Virus record (IMG/VR): IMGVR_UViG_3300031152_000004
Span: 1 to 55,611 of that record
From: a virus
Lineage: Duplodnaviria; Caudoviricetes
Reading direction: 5' to 3' (one strand)
Length of the DNA stretch: 55,611 nt
The position numbers were made by a program, and so were the translations under genes. Below the pieces are notes generated by a model that saw only the letters and a program-made list of their open reading frames with translations, was not told the origin of the DNA and did no database searches. Positions 8,545 to 17,646 of the stretch are shown in pieces; within the stretch, counting starts at the first letter, position 1, and the number at the start of each line of letters is the position of its first letter.

Positions 8545-8571
8545 ACACCCCGGGGAAATCTGGGGTACGCT
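8542..8571 (+). promoter_or_regulatory. SigA-type promoter for the packaging genes
   Basis: TAGACA-N18-TACGCT, then GGGAGG RBS and ATG at 8591. Confidence 0.5.
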
Positions 8572-8590
8572 TTGCCTGGGAGGCAAGCGA

Positions 8591-9286
8591 ATGCCGAAGG
8601 CTACGCCGGACCGCGGCGCAGATGGGAATATCCGACCTGAGCTGAAGGCTGTCAAGCAGAGGTTCTGCGGGGGGAGGAAGGCCAACCGCGGGCCGGAGGC
8701 ACCGACCTGCAAGCAGCCAGCCGGTTACGGCACCGACCACCCTGGCTGGGGTCACTGCGCCTGGCACTTCGGGCAGTCCCCCAGCGGGAAGCAGTACGCC
8801 GAGAAGGTCCGGACCGAGGCCCACGCCTGGCGCGCCGCGCTGGACCTGGGCATCTCGGTCGACACCACGCCGGAACGTGCGCTGGCGGACGAGATCAACC
8901 GGTCGGCCGGGCTGGTCGCCTGGATCCAGGACCAGATCCAGCACGCCTGGCCCACCGATGACGACGGCCTGGTCGAGGTCGAATACTTCGACGCACTGGG
9001 CGTCCCGCGCAAGGCTAAGGTTACGCCGCTGGCGGCACTAACCTCCCACCCGGCGACCCGGGCCGTGATGGAGGCGTACCGGGACGAGCGCGCCCACCTC
9101 GCCCGGGTCGCCAAGATGGGCGTCGATGCCAACCTGGTCGACCGCCAGCTGAAGCTGGACGGCCAGCGCGTCGACCTGATGTCCGGCCTGATCGCAGCGA
9201 TCATCACAGACCTCGGTCACGACCCGAACGACAACCAGGTGCGGGCAGTCGTGTCCCGCCGGCTGCTCGCCATTACTGCATCTTGA
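8591..9286 (+). CDS. terS: Terminase small subunit (putative)
   Basis: CGG...C...AG.GTDHPG.G.C..H Zn-binding N-terminus plus helical C-terminus; upstream of the large terminase. Confidence 0.65.
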   Translation: MPKATPDRGADGNIRPELKAVKQRFCGGRKANRGPEAPTCKQPAGYGTDHPGWGHCAWHFGQSPSGKQYAEKVRTEAHAWRAALDLGISVDTTPERALADEINRSAGLVAWIQDQIQHAWPTDDDGLVEVEYFDALGVPRKAKVTPLAALTSHPATRAVMEAYRDERAHLARVAKMGVDANLVDRQLKLDGQRVDLMSGLIAAIITDLGHDPNDNQVRAVVSRRLLAITAS

Positions 9287-9295
9287 GGAGAGCGG

Positions 9296-9568
9296 ATGTT
9301 GCTGACGCTGGCGGTGTGGTCCGCAGCTGCGGACGGTGGTTTAGGCGACTACGGGCCGCTGCTGAACCTGGGCGCGGTTGGCGTTATTTGCGGCGTGTTG
9401 ATCGCTTTCGCCAGGACGACCGTGGCCGACCTGAAGGCTCAGCGCGACAAGGCGCAGGAGGACGCGGAGGCTTTGAACAGGGAGATCCGAGAGAGTTTCG
9501 TCCCGGCAATGGTGGAGTCCAACCGGGTGTTGAACCGCGTGGTTACGATCCTGGACGATCGTAGGTGA
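9296..9568 (+). CDS. Membrane protein with coiled coil (holin-like), 90 aa
   Basis: Hydrophobic LLNLGAVGVICGVLIAF followed by a heptad-rich tail; GAGGAG RBS. Confidence 0.6.
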   Translation: MLLTLAVWSAAADGGLGDYGPLLNLGAVGVICGVLIAFARTTVADLKAQRDKAQEDAEALNREIRESFVPAMVESNRVLNRVVTILDDRR

Positions 9569-9753
9569 GCAGCAGCATGGTATCCCGGAGGGAACTGGAG
9601 AACACGAGGATAGACCTGCGGAGGTGGTCCAAGCAGTTACTCGAGCTGTCCGCCGAGGTGGCGGAACGCGCGAACGAGCTGGAGACGGCAGGGCAGAAGG
9701 GGGAGACAGGTGGAGCCGAACCGGAAGGTACCGCTGGCAACCGCGATAGATGA
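9565..9753 (+). CDS. Hypothetical coiled-coil protein, 62 aa
   Basis: GTGA overlap with the previous gene. Confidence 0.5.
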   Translation: MSSSMVSRRELENTRIDLRRWSKQLLELSAEVAERANELETAGQKGETGGAEPEGTAGNRDR

Positions 9754-10129
9754 ACTGGTCGAGGTCGGCGAACGGGTGGACCTGCGGTTGAGGCGCCGCA
9801 GCCGGTGGTTCTTCGCCACGATCGCCCTCGTCGTGCTGGTCGGGGGGGTAGCGCTGGCCTACCAGTCCCAGGAGACAGCCCGCCTGCACCGGATCATCGA
9901 CAAGGACTGCGGGTCGTTCGAGGCGCTGGCCACCATCCCACTGCCGGCCGACCCCAACCGCGTCCTGGTGAAGATTGTGAACGCGAATAGGCAGGCGTAC
10001 AACAACCGCTGCACCGGGGTCAACGGCCCGCTGCCACCCATCCAGACCGCGTCGACCACGCCGACCCTGACCCCGCCTTCGACACGACCGGTTCCAACCC
10101 CGACACCAGCAGGGAGCACGGGAGGATGA
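9710..10129 (+). CDS. Membrane protein with Pro/Thr-rich tail, 139 aa
   Basis: RRRSR then TM helix, two Cys residues, PT-rich C-terminus. Confidence 0.6.
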   Translation: MEPNRKVPLATAIDELVEVGERVDLRLRRRSRWFFATIALVVLVGGVALAYQSQETARLHRIIDKDCGSFEALATIPLPADPNRVLVKIVNANRQAYNNRCTGVNGPLPPIQTASTTPTLTPPSTRPVPTPTPAGSTGG

Positions 10130-10380
10130 CGAGAATGGGACCTAGCCGAACCCGGAAGGTGCTGCGGTTCCGTAGCCGGGTCGAGCGGGTCGTGCAGTAC
10201 GGCCGGCCCGAAGACGACTTCGCGACCCACCTCACCGTCGCAGACTGGGAGGACCTGGGACGCCCGGACGAGATTACCGTCACAGTAGAACCCGGGGACC
10301 AGCTGAATAACGAGGCGCGGCTGGACAGTGAGGCCATAGCCCTGGCCAAGGTGTGGCAGGATGCCGTCGACGGTAAGTAA
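10126..10380 (+). CDS. Hypothetical protein, 84 aa
   Basis: GGGAGG RBS; W..LG.P..I.VTVEPG motif. Confidence 0.6.
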   Translation: MTRMGPSRTRKVLRFRSRVERVVQYGRPEDDFATHLTVADWEDLGRPDEITVTVEPGDQLNNEARLDSEAIALAKVWQDAVDGK

Positions 10381-11827
10381 GGACTTGACCGCCCTGGCAG
10401 GCCTGTGGGGTCCGCGGGTCGACTACGCCGCGGACCCCACCCGCTGGGTCACCGAGCGGATCGGCGCGTTCCTGTGGTCGGTCCAGCGTCGGGTCATGGA
10501 GCTGGTCCGGGACCACCGGTACGTGGCCGTCCCGTCCTGTCACGACGCCGGCAAGAGCTACCTGGCCGCTGCGATCGCCTGTTGGTGGCTGGACTCCCAC
10601 ACGGTCGGCGAGGCGTTCGTGGTGACCACCGCCCCCACCGACGCCCAGGTTAAGGCCATCCTGTGGCGCGAGATCGGCAAGATGCAGCGCGCCGGGGGGC
10701 TGGCGGGGAAGGTGACCAAGCAGGCCCACTGGTATATGGGCCCGGACAACGTCGAGCTGGTCGCCTACGGCCGGAAGCCCGCCGACCACGTCTCCCACGA
10801 GGAAGCCGCTGCGTCGTTCTCCGGGATCCACGCCAGGTACGTCCTGATCATCCTGGACGAGGCCGGCGGCATCCCGGTCTGGCTGTACAACGCGGTGGAC
10901 ACCCTCGCCACGAACGTACACTGTCGGGTGCTGGCGATCGGCAACCCGGACGACCCCGGTAGCCAGTTCGCTAAGGTGTGCGCGCCCGGGTCCGGGTGGA
11001 CCGTCCAGCCGATCTCCGCCTTCGATACCCCGAACTTCACGGACGAGGCCGTCCCGGAGTACCTGAACGACCTGCTGATCTCCAAGGTCTGGGTGCAGGA
11101 GCGCAAGAAGCGCTGGGGCGAGAAGAACCCGCTGTATCAGTCGAAGGTGCTGGGCCTGTTCCCGGAGGTCGGAGACCACAACCTGATTCAACCCGCCTGG
11201 GTCCTGGCCGCACAGAACCGCTCCATTGTGCCCAACCAGTTCGACTCGGTCCTGGGGGTAGACGTCGCCAGGTTCGGGTCGGACGAGACCTGCGGCTACC
11301 TGCGGCAGGGCAACCACATCCGGCGGGTGTTCTCCGGGCACGGCTGGCCGACCACCGAGACCACCGGCAAGGTCAAACAGTTCATCTTCGGCAACACCCA
11401 CCCGGTGCGCGCCCAGGTGGACGACGTCGGGGTCGGCGGGGGGGTGCTGGACCAGCTGGTGGAGGACGGGTTCGACGCGGTCGGATTGAACGGCGGGTCC
11501 ACCTGCAAGCAGAAGCTTAAGGACGGTCGCAACCGCTTCGTCAACGCCCGGTCGGAGTGGTACTGGGAGCTGCGCGGGAAGCTACAGGACGGCGAGATCG
11601 ACCTGGACCCTGAGGACGACGACCTGGCCGCCCAGCTGGTGGACATCCGCTGGGGGACGAACTCGAAAGGCCAGATCTGGGTCGAGGCCAAAGAGGACAT
11701 GAAGGCGCGCGGGGTGGACTCGCCGGACCGGGCGGACGCCGTGGTCTACTCCAACGCGACAGCGCACCAGGCGCAGCCGGTCGCCCGGACCCAGATCCGG
11801 GACCGGCGCCTGGCCGGCCGGCGCTGA
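10361..11827 (+). CDS. terL: Terminase large subunit
   Basis: Walker A SCHDAGKS, Walker B LIILDEA, IGNP coupling motif, RNase H-like GVDVARFGSD and SPDRADA. Confidence 0.93.
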   Translation: MPSTVSKDLTALAGLWGPRVDYAADPTRWVTERIGAFLWSVQRRVMELVRDHRYVAVPSCHDAGKSYLAAAIACWWLDSHTVGEAFVVTTAPTDAQVKAILWREIGKMQRAGGLAGKVTKQAHWYMGPDNVELVAYGRKPADHVSHEEAAASFSGIHARYVLIILDEAGGIPVWLYNAVDTLATNVHCRVLAIGNPDDPGSQFAKVCAPGSGWTVQPISAFDTPNFTDEAVPEYLNDLLISKVWVQERKKRWGEKNPLYQSKVLGLFPEVGDHNLIQPAWVLAAQNRSIVPNQFDSVLGVDVARFGSDETCGYLRQGNHIRRVFSGHGWPTTETTGKVKQFIFGNTHPVRAQVDDVGVGGGVLDQLVEDGFDAVGLNGGSTCKQKLKDGRNRFVNARSEWYWELRGKLQDGEIDLDPEDDDLAAQLVDIRWGTNSKGQIWVEAKEDMKARGVDSPDRADAVVYSNATAHQAQPVARTQIRDRRLAGRR

Positions 11828-11845
11828 CCCGGGTAGAATCGCCGC

Positions 11846-11926
11846 ATGCGGAGCGTGGTCAACGTGCTGATCACCCTGACCTGCCTGTACGGGCTGGTCG
11901 CCGACCTGGTGACCCTGTGGACCTAG
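11846..11926 (+). CDS. Leaderless membrane micropeptide, 26 aa
   Basis: TAGAAT-6 nt-ATG; MRSVVNVLITLTCLYGLVADLVTLWT. Confidence 0.45.
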   Translation: MRSVVNVLITLTCLYGLVADLVTLWT

Positions 11927-12093
11927 TGCGGTTGCAGGCCGAGTTGCAGGCGGCGCCCGTGCGCTGCCGGGCCTGCCACCGTTGTGGGGCGACCGCTGCC
12001 GGACTGGAACGCTACGGCGACAAGTGGCGGTGCGTGTCCGAACGCGGCTGCAAGCGCAGGCGGCAGTTGCGCAGGAGACAAACTCCTGGGTAG
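11926..12093 (+). CDS. Small Zn-finger-like basic protein, 55 aa
   Basis: TAGTG overlap; CRACHRC...WRC...GC. Confidence 0.45.
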   Translation: MRLQAELQAAPVRCRACHRCGATAAGLERYGDKWRCVSERGCKRRRQLRRRQTPG

Positions 12094-12102
12094 GATCAGG
12101 TC

Positions 12103-12235
12103 AGTCCCCCGGGCGGCCGTGCACATACGGGTAGGCCGAGTCGACACGAGGTGCGGATTACCCGCTCCGTACCGTCGGCGATCCGGGGCGGGAGGTCGGA
12201 AGCACCGATACCGCCGCCCCGGTCCCGGGGGGAAC
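12103..12235 (+). ncRNA. Candidate structured RNA or 5' leader
   Basis: Promoter TTGCGC-N18-TAGGAT (12067-12096); closing stem 12105-12113/12224-12232 enclosing hairpins 12128-12164 and 12183-12222. Confidence 0.35.
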
Positions 12236-12288
12236 AAGCGCCGGTTGCAATGTCGGGCCGGCCGGGCGTCGGGGAGGGGGCAACTGTG

Positions 12289-12774
12289 ATGAGTCAAGCC
12301 GTTCGGCTGCCGGGGCTCCCCCCCGATCCCAACTGCACCGCCATCCGGCACGGAACCAACACTGCCCACATCCACTACCGGTGCAAATGCGAGTCTGCCC
12401 GGCGCGCTCGGGCCACCTACGAATCCCTCCGGATCCTGGACCAGATGCACGGGCGCCCGCGCCTGGTCCCGTCGATCGGGGTAAGACGGCGGATCCAGGC
12501 CCTGTACGCGATCGGCTGGTCCGCCGAGGCGATCGGCGCGGAGGCAGGCCGGACCAAGCGTTGGGTGCAGGAGCGTGTCGGGCGGGCGCACCCGTACTGC
12601 CACCGCAGCTCCGTCGAACTGGTCGACGCGGTCTACCGGCGGCTTTCCACCCGGCGTGGGCCGTCCAATCTCACGGCCGGGCAGGCGAGGCGCCGCGGGT
12701 ACGCCCCGCCGATCGCCTGGGACTACTGCGACATCGACGACCCGAAGTCCCGGCCCTGGCGCGGGTTCGCATGA
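12289..12774 (+). CDS. HTH DNA-binding protein with N-terminal HG..CxC motif, 161 aa
   Basis: RHGT...RCKC, RRRIQALYAIGWSAEAIGAEAG (HTH), APPIAWD..DIDDP. Confidence 0.7.
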   Translation: MSQAVRLPGLPPDPNCTAIRHGTNTAHIHYRCKCESARRARATYESLRILDQMHGRPRLVPSIGVRRRIQALYAIGWSAEAIGAEAGRTKRWVQERVGRAHPYCHRSSVELVDAVYRRLSTRRGPSNLTAGQARRRGYAPPIAWDYCDIDDPKSRPWRGFA

Positions 12775-12843
12775 GCCGCTGCGGGTTCTGCGGACGCCGG
12801 TCGACCTTGCGCGCCTGGTGGGCCTGGGTCCGGTTACGGTACC

Positions 12844-14553
12844 ATGGCGTCCATGGGCTTTAGAGCGTTCATCCAGGACAACTGGACCCCGCTGTCCTAC
12901 AAGCGGACGATGGGCAATACGGCCTCCCCCGGGTCGACCTTCACTCAGCCGATCTGGGTCGGGGAGCACCAGCGCAGGTTGACCGCTTACCAGCTGCTGC
13001 AGGCGTACCTGGACAACGCCGCCCGCTACTACCTGCCCGACGCGGACGCTGACGCCAAACAGCTACACCGCGAGTACGGTGACCCTGCGTTGTTGCGTGA
13101 CACCATCCTGGACGCCCTGCTGGGGCAGTCTCAGCAGATCGAGGTGGACGGCGCCGCGGACGCCGGCAAGGACGGCGCCGGGCCCGACGCCCAACCCGCC
13201 GCGGACCTGCAGGAGTGGCTGCGGCAGCTGTGGGGCGACGAGCGCGGGCAGCTGAAGCTGATCGAGGTCGAGCGGGACGCGGTCGGGCTGGGGGACGGCG
13301 TCTACACCCTGGGCTGGTCCGCCGAGAAGGGACGCCCGCGGATCCGCGTCTGGGACCCCGGGTTCTACTTCCCTGTGCTGACCGACGGGAACGAGGACGA
13401 CTTCCCGGAGCGAGTCCACATCGCCTGGGAGATCGACCGCACCGGGGTCGCCAACCCCCCGGACGGCAAGGTAGTGGTCCGCCGGCTGACCTGGGAGCTG
13501 GTCGACCTGGAGATCCCGGTCACCCACCCCTGGAACGACGCCCCCTCGACCAAGACCTGCGTGTACACGGACGCGACCTGGTTCTACGACCCCGGCCAGA
13601 CCAGCACCATCGACCAGCTGGACACTTCCGCGGCGCGGTACGCCGTCGGCGAGGACGGGCTGGAGATCCGCCAGGTCGACATGCAGATCGACTTCGTGCC
13701 GGTAGTGCACGTCCCGAATACCGTATCGGTGAAGGAGCACTACGGGCGCTCGTCCATCGCCACGATCCTGCAGCTGCTGGATGACATCGCCTCGGCCGAC
13801 ACCGACCTGGCCGCCGCAGGGGTAACCGTAGCCAGCCCGACCATGACCCTGGAGAAGGGCACGCTGGGTCAGACCGAGCCGACCTACCGGCCCGGTGAGG
13901 TGTGGGAGACCGGAGACGGGAAGCTGTCCCTGTTGGACAACTCCCGCGGCCTGGACGCCCTGCTGAAGCTGGTTGAACACCTGCTGGCGCGGCTATCGGT
14001 GAACGCCCGGGTGCCCGAGTCCATCATGGGCAGGGTGAAGCCGTCGGAGGTCCCCAGCGGAATCGCGCTGGCACTTTCGTTCGGCCCCCTGGCCGGCATG
14101 ATCACGAAGATGCGACTGGCCCGGGAGGACAAGTACCCGATCCTGTTCCGGTTCATGTGGCGGATGGGCCTGGCCGGGAAGATGCCGGACGTCCCGGCGA
14201 CCTGGTACCCGACCAGCCTGGCGTTCGGGTCGTACCTGCCCAGCGACCTGGCCTCAGTAGTCGAACTGGTGGTGAAGCTGCGCGCGTCCAGCCCGCCCGT
14301 GATCTCCGCGGAGACCGCCATCGACGTGCTGGTGTCAGCTGGGATGAACGTGGACGACGCGGAGCAGGAGGTCGCCCGGATCGAATCCAGGGACTTCGCC
14401 GGGGCCGCGGAGCTGCACAACGCCACCGGCTCGGCGCAACTCGCCGCCGACTACCTGCAGGTCGACCTGCCGGAGCCGCCACCGACGCCGGTCCTACCGG
14501 TGCCGGGCGGGCCGGAGGTCGTACCCCCGATCCCGCCCGGCCCACCGGCCTAG
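12844..14553 (+). CDS. Portal protein
   Basis: 569 aa downstream of TerL; GDG, FVPVVHVPN, YGRS and SG.AL motifs typical of actinophage portals. Confidence 0.85.
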   Translation: MASMGFRAFIQDNWTPLSYKRTMGNTASPGSTFTQPIWVGEHQRRLTAYQLLQAYLDNAARYYLPDADADAKQLHREYGDPALLRDTILDALLGQSQQIEVDGAADAGKDGAGPDAQPAADLQEWLRQLWGDERGQLKLIEVERDAVGLGDGVYTLGWSAEKGRPRIRVWDPGFYFPVLTDGNEDDFPERVHIAWEIDRTGVANPPDGKVVVRRLTWELVDLEIPVTHPWNDAPSTKTCVYTDATWFYDPGQTSTIDQLDTSAARYAVGEDGLEIRQVDMQIDFVPVVHVPNTVSVKEHYGRSSIATILQLLDDIASADTDLAAAGVTVASPTMTLEKGTLGQTEPTYRPGEVWETGDGKLSLLDNSRGLDALLKLVEHLLARLSVNARVPESIMGRVKPSEVPSGIALALSFGPLAGMITKMRLAREDKYPILFRFMWRMGLAGKMPDVPATWYPTSLAFGSYLPSDLASVVELVVKLRASSPPVISAETAIDVLVSAGMNVDDAEQEVARIESRDFAGAAELHNATGSAQLAADYLQVDLPEPPPTPVLPVPGGPEVVPPIPPGPPA

Positions 14554-14634
14554 CTACTTCTTCCTGTCCCAAGACAGGAGCAGCCCGACTAGCAGGACAC
14601 CTACTGCGATCAACGCGGCGATACCTGGGTTCAT
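14554..14634 (-). CDS. Membrane micropeptide, 26 aa
   Basis: MNPGIAALIAVGVLLVGLLLSWDRKK; GAAAGG RBS. Confidence 0.55.
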   Translation of the reverse strand: MNPGIAALIAVGVLLVGLLLSWDRKK

Positions 14635-14642
14635 AACGCCTT

Positions 14643-14735
14643 TCACCAACCTCTCTTGTCCTTGCGGTCCAGCCACCAACAGATGGCCAGGATGGTCAGG
14701 CCCACCCCGATTAGGCCCCAGTCGGACGGGCGCAC
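14643..14735 (-). CDS. Membrane micropeptide, 30 aa
   Basis: MRPSDWGLIGVGLTILAICWWLDRKDKRGW (GTG start); follows the 14737-14949 gene. Confidence 0.5.
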   Translation of the reverse strand: MRPSDWGLIGVGLTILAICWWLDRKDKRGW

Positions 14736-14736
14736 G

Positions 14737-14949
14737 TCAGGGGCCCCTGGTACCGGCCGGTCCGACCGGGGACCGCAGCTGGGTGTTGGTGCCGTGCAGC
14801 TGGTGCGCCCAGCTGACGATCTGGTTAGTCATCCCGACCAGCAGCTGTTCGGCGCCGGGCAGGTAGGCCACGGCTACGACGACGATGCCGATCAGAATGG
14901 CCAGGCCCAGGGCCAGGCCGATGGCACCTTTTGCGATAGTTGCACCCAT
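14737..14949 (-). CDS. Membrane protein, 70 aa
   Basis: TAAGGAGG RBS; N-terminal TM helix. Confidence 0.7.
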   Translation of the reverse strand: MGATIAKGAIGLALGLAILIGIVVVAVAYLPGAEQLLVGMTNQIVSWAHQLHGTNTQLRSPVGPAGTRGP

Positions 14950-14995
14950 CCGGGCGCTCCTCCTTAACCTAGTGGGATGTGAGCCGACGGATCCT

Positions 14996-15025
14996 ACCGT
15001 ACCCGGCCGTTTGACTACGGGTCAA
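14996..15025 (-). promoter_or_regulatory. Promoter with TTGAC-N5-GTCAA palindrome
   Basis: Minus strand TTGACC-N18-TACGGT; palindrome at 15011-15025. Confidence 0.65.
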
Positions 15026-15026
15026 C

Positions 15027-15887
15027 CTACTCCTCCCCCAGGATCTCCAGAGCCTCCGCCCGGGTCGGGTACCAATAACCGTGATTGGAAGCGCACTTCT
15101 CGCCGTAGCCGGCCGCGCGGGACTGCGGGTCGGACAGGTCCGCACCGCAGCTGCCGCAGCTCTTGGTCTTCTCCCCGTACAGCCGCGCCGAGTCCTCGAC
15201 CCCGGCCACCCGGATCCGCTCCAGCAGGGTCGCAGTGGCGGCTTTCGAGAGCCGCTGCTCGGCGAAGTCGCCCGGAGCGCCGATCAGCAGCGAGGCGAAC
15301 ACGAACCCGGCCCACCTGCCACTGCCGTGGTCGACCTTGTAGAAGTCCACCGTCCGGTCGCTGCCCTGGACCGCGTACCGCCCGGCTGGGACACCAGCCT
15401 GCAACGACGGGCCGACCACCGTCGGGGCCTGCCGGGGCAGGTACACCTGCGGGTCACCGATGAACCGGGCGCCGCGGTCGTGCTCCAGCTTCTCGACCTG
15501 CGCCAGGGTCTTCTCAATCAGCGCCGACGCCGCCCGCTTGGACAGCTTCGCCCGCTCGTCCGCGGTCGCATCGACCAGGTTCGATCCGGCCAGCTGGTCG
15601 ACCTTCGACAGCAGGACGGCCAGGTAGCGCAGCTGCGCATCGGTCGCGCCGTCGGGCCGGTGCGTCGCGACCTCGGCTTCGGGGGTGGGTCGCCGCTGCG
15701 GCTCCGGCTCCACTGCCTGCCTGCCCGGCGTGGCCAGCCAGGTCCAGTCGCCGGCCTGCGCCAGCACCAGCAGGTGGTCCTGGCGGGTGTCGGGGCGACC
15801 GTGCTCGTCGCGGCTGGCCTTCGCCTCAAGCATCATCGCGAGGGTGGCGCTGCGGTCGGCTTTCGAGTCGATCAGGATGTTAGCCAT
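15027..15887 (-). CDS. Hypothetical protein with C-terminal DUF6011-like Zn finger, 286 aa
   Basis: ATDAQLRYL motif; VPAGRYAV; CGSCGADLSDPQSRAAGYGEKCA; GGAGG RBS. Confidence 0.7.
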   Translation of the reverse strand: MANILIDSKADRSATLAMMLEAKASRDEHGRPDTRQDHLLVLAQAGDWTWLATPGRQAVEPEPQRRPTPEAEVATHRPDGATDAQLRYLAVLLSKVDQLAGSNLVDATADERAKLSKRAASALIEKTLAQVEKLEHDRGARFIGDPQVYLPRQAPTVVGPSLQAGVPAGRYAVQGSDRTVDFYKVDHGSGRWAGFVFASLLIGAPGDFAEQRLSKAATATLLERIRVAGVEDSARLYGEKTKSCGSCGADLSDPQSRAAGYGEKCASNHGYWYPTRAEALEILGEE

Positions 15888-16321
15888 TAGGAGTGCCTCC
15901 GGTTGATGTCGTGGCGGCTCATGCCCATTGCAGTCGCGACGACTGCGATCCACCAAACGGAGGCGCAGTCACCGGGCAGGGCGTCCGGGTCGACGGCGTA
16001 GATGTCGCGGGTCGGGCGGAGATCTGCCTGCCAAACGGGGTCGTTCATCCGCGAGACGACTGGTCGCATGTCCTTGCTTCTGGCTAGCCGGTACATCCGA
16101 CGACGATACTTGGTTCGCAGAGCGTCGGTCGGCAAGGTCCTGATTGCCCGCTGCCAGACCTGCTCGGTCTTGTACATCGGGTACTCGGTCGTCCAGGCGG
16201 TCAGGGTCTGGCGAACCAGGTTTGCGACGTGGCGGGCGTCGTGGCCGGGAGCGTAGTTGCGGGTGGTCCAGGCGCGGCAACCGCAGAGGCATTGCTGGCC
16301 TTGGCTCACGGTTTCCGTCAT
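15887..16321 (-). CDS. Leaderless CxCGC...PGHD-motif protein, 144 aa
   Basis: MTETVSQGQQCLCGCRAWTTRNYAPGHDARH; ATG 6 nt after the -10 box. Confidence 0.7.
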   Translation of the reverse strand: MTETVSQGQQCLCGCRAWTTRNYAPGHDARHVANLVRQTLTAWTTEYPMYKTEQVWQRAIRTLPTDALRTKYRRRMYRLARSKDMRPVVSRMNDPVWQADLRPTRDIYAVDPDALPGDCASVWWIAVVATAMGMSRHDINRRHS

Positions 16322-16327
16322 GGGATA

Positions 16328-16374
16328 AGTAAAGCACGTCATTTGACCAAGAGTCAAGCTTGCCCGTTGGTCAA
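16328..16374 (-). promoter_or_regulatory. Promoter with tandem palindromic operators
   Basis: Minus strand TTGACT-N18-TTTACT-N6-ATG; palindromes at 16343-16357 and 16360-16374. Confidence 0.7.
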
Positions 16375-16488
16375 ACTGTGGTCGACCTGATCGGCCGGGT
16401 GGTACGCTGTCCGCAAAGCGACCGGCTGCTACAACGCCGGGTGCCGGACCCGGCCGGCTACGCCGGGGCAACGAACAGGGAGAACACC

Positions 16489-17142
16489 GTGACTGAGCCG
16501 ACACCACCGGCCCCGCCAGCGACCTTCACTCAGGAGCAGCTAAACGCCATCATCGCCCGTGAATCTGCCAAGGAGCGGGACAAGGGCAAGGCCGATGGCA
16601 TCGCAGCCGCACAGACCGAACTCGAGAAGAGCCTCGGCATGTCGGTGACCGACGTCGCTGCTTTCATCAAGGAGAAGAAGGACGCCGAGGACGCGGTCAA
16701 GACCGAGGCGCAGAAGGCCCTGGACAAGGCCAACCGGGACGCTGCGGCAGCCGCACAGACCAGCGCGGAGGCCAAGTTCGAGGTGTTTTCCACCCGCGCC
16801 GAGCGGTACCTACTGCGCGCCGGCCTGGCCATCCCGGCCGAGGCAAAGCCCGAAGTAGTCGCCGCCACCCTCGGACGGGTCCGCGGGATGCTGACCGTCG
16901 GGGCCGACGCGGACGAGGCAGCCATCGCCGCCGACGTCGAGACGCTCAAAGCCGCCTTTCCCGCCCTGTTCACCCCAGCTACCACCGGCCCACCCCCACC
17001 CCCCGGCACCGACCCCAAGCGCAAGCCCGGCACCCCCGGCACCGCACCGACCACCGGCCTGGCCGCCGGAGTCGCCCGGGCCAAGGCCGAGACCGCCGCT
17101 GCGGGCGGAGTCAGCGGCGCCTGGGGACGCAGACCCTCCTAG
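16489..17142 (+). CDS. Capsid scaffolding protein, 217 aa
   Basis: FTQEQLNAII motif, Ala/Lys/Glu coiled coil, P.LF near the C-terminus; precedes decoration and capsid genes. Confidence 0.8.
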   Translation: MTEPTPPAPPATFTQEQLNAIIARESAKERDKGKADGIAAAQTELEKSLGMSVTDVAAFIKEKKDAEDAVKTEAQKALDKANRDAAAAAQTSAEAKFEVFSTRAERYLLRAGLAIPAEAKPEVVAATLGRVRGMLTVGADADEAAIAADVETLKAAFPALFTPATTGPPPPPGTDPKRKPGTPGTAPTTGLAAGVARAKAETAAAGGVSGAWGRRPS

Positions 17143-17153
17143 AAGGGCACAGG

Positions 17154-17633
17154 ATGAACCTGACGATCAAGACCCAGACCTTCGCCACCCCTGAAGACCA
17201 GTCGTGGCTGGGCTCCAAGCACGGAACCGACTGCGCCGACCCAATCACGCTGGACTCGACCCTGTTCACCAATACCCCGTTCCCGAACGGGATCGTCAAG
17301 AGCGGGACAGTGCTGGCCAAGGTTACCGCCACCGGCAAGTACGGCCCGTTCGTCTCCAACCTGTCCAACGGACAGGAACTGCCCGTCGGGTTCCTGTTCA
17401 CCACCATCGACTTGACCGGCGGCATCTTCGGTCAGGCCGTCTCCGACTCCCCTGGCGCGCTGCTATGGCACGGCGAGATCGTCGCTGCCAAGGTCCCCCA
17501 GGGTACCGGCGTCTCCACCACCACCCCCGGCGCCCTGGACACCGTCGCCACCACGTTCCCCGTGGACTTGACCGCCGTTTCCGCCCAGGAAGCCGCGATT
17601 ATCAAGTTCCTGGCCCGCTTCTACATCGTCTAG
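17154..17633 (+). CDS. Head decoration protein
   Basis: DQSWLGS.HG, ITLD, SGTVLAK.TATGKYGP, GFL; lies between scaffold and capsid genes. Confidence 0.8.
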   Translation: MNLTIKTQTFATPEDQSWLGSKHGTDCADPITLDSTLFTNTPFPNGIVKSGTVLAKVTATGKYGPFVSNLSNGQELPVGFLFTTIDLTGGIFGQAVSDSPGALLWHGEIVAAKVPQGTGVSTTTPGALDTVATTFPVDLTAVSAQEAAIIKFLARFYIV

Positions 17634-17646
17634 GGAGGAGGACCCG

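Noticed and set aside
12103-12235. tRNA or known self-cleaving ribozyme
   Set aside because: No TTCGA T-loop cloverleaf and no hammerhead or twister core recognised; kept only as an unclassified structured RNA
16428-16438. GCTACAACGCC shared between the scaffold leader and the 29942-29952 intergenic structure
   Set aside because: An 11-mer with only two noticed copies is too weak to separate from chance
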